Made by a program: the position numbers and the translations under genes. A DNA stretch of 58,578 bases from Chrysochromulina tobinii (Eukaryota), in NCBI GenBank assembly GCA_001275005.1, contig JWZX01003310.1:1-58578 (forward strand), written 5' to 3'. Below the pieces are notes generated by a model. It was not told the origin of the DNA, did not search any database, and saw only the letters and a list, made by a program, of their open reading frames with translations. Position 1 is the first letter of the stretch. Each line of letters begins with the position of its first letter. Positions 58,010 through 58,578 of this stretch are shown piece after piece.

Positions 58010-58578
58010 GCCTCCATCGCCACCACCGCCATCAACCCCACCACCCACACCGACGCCGCCCTCTTGATCGCCGCTGCCCTCGCCACCACCCACGCCTCCG
58101 CCACCGTCGCCCCCACCTCCTTCCGCCGCCACCGCCGCCGCCGCCACCGCCGCCGCCATCATCACCACCTCCTTCGCAGCCACCGACGTCACCGCCACCC
58201 TCGTCGCCACATCCATCGCCGCCGCCGCCATCGCCACCGCCATCGCCACCGCCGTCGCCCCCTCCCGAGCCACCGCCCTCACCGCCACCCCCATCGCCGT
58301 CGCCACCGCCGCTGTCGCCACCGCCGCCGTCGCCGCCGCCGCCCTCATCGCCACCGCCGTCACCTCCATCCTCGCCCCCGCCACCCTCACCGCCACCCCC
58401 ATCGCCACCGCCGCCATCACCACCGCCGCTACCGCCTCCACCCTCACCTCTGCCGCCGCCGCCGTCGACCACACCGCCACCGCCGTCACCTTCACCCTCA
58501 CCGCCTCCCCCATCTCCGCCACCCCCATCGCCTCCGCCGCCATCGCCACCCCCGCCGTCGCCGCCGCCCTCACCGCCG
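58010..58578. repeat. Low-complexity (CCG/CCA)-rich tract, Gly-rich on - strand and Pro-rich on + strand
   Basis: Degenerate trinucleotide repeats running to the window end; coding status unresolved. Confidence 0.7.

Overview
Eukaryotic, GC-rich, gene-dense nuclear DNA. It is most likely from a haptophyte alga of the Chrysochromulina type (inferred from the GC richness, the NLRC3-like 'AIAEALKVNAVLT' LRRs and a nucleus-encoded, plastid-targeted Fd-GOGAT). About 20 protein-coding genes are supported, including Fd-glutamate synthase, TruA, a DUF21/CBS/CorC protein, SURF4, BLOC1S1, GST, an RNFT-like RING ligase, a beta-lactamase-family hydrolase and a CEP164-like WW/IQ giant protein. The standout signal is what looks like an active intron-generating system. 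About 30 short spliceosomal introns, concentrated in three genes, are built from a variable-length (about 7-39 bp) duplicate of the adjacent exon, which supplies one splice site, plus a repeated cassette that supplies the branch point and the other site. Family 1 is GCATGCAAGTGCTCACCACGGCGCC...CCCCACAG. Family 2 is (TGATTGCCTC-like)n...CCCTCATCAG. One case uses telomere-like CCCTAA/CCCTTA repeats. No terminal inverted repeats are visible. Units stack at the same site, are joined by microhomology, appear to be copied locally within genes, show donor-site optimisation, and leave failed in-frame relics in exons. Removing the introns joins the fragmented ORFs into continuous frames. Intron boundaries were derived by hand and need RNA-seq confirmation.
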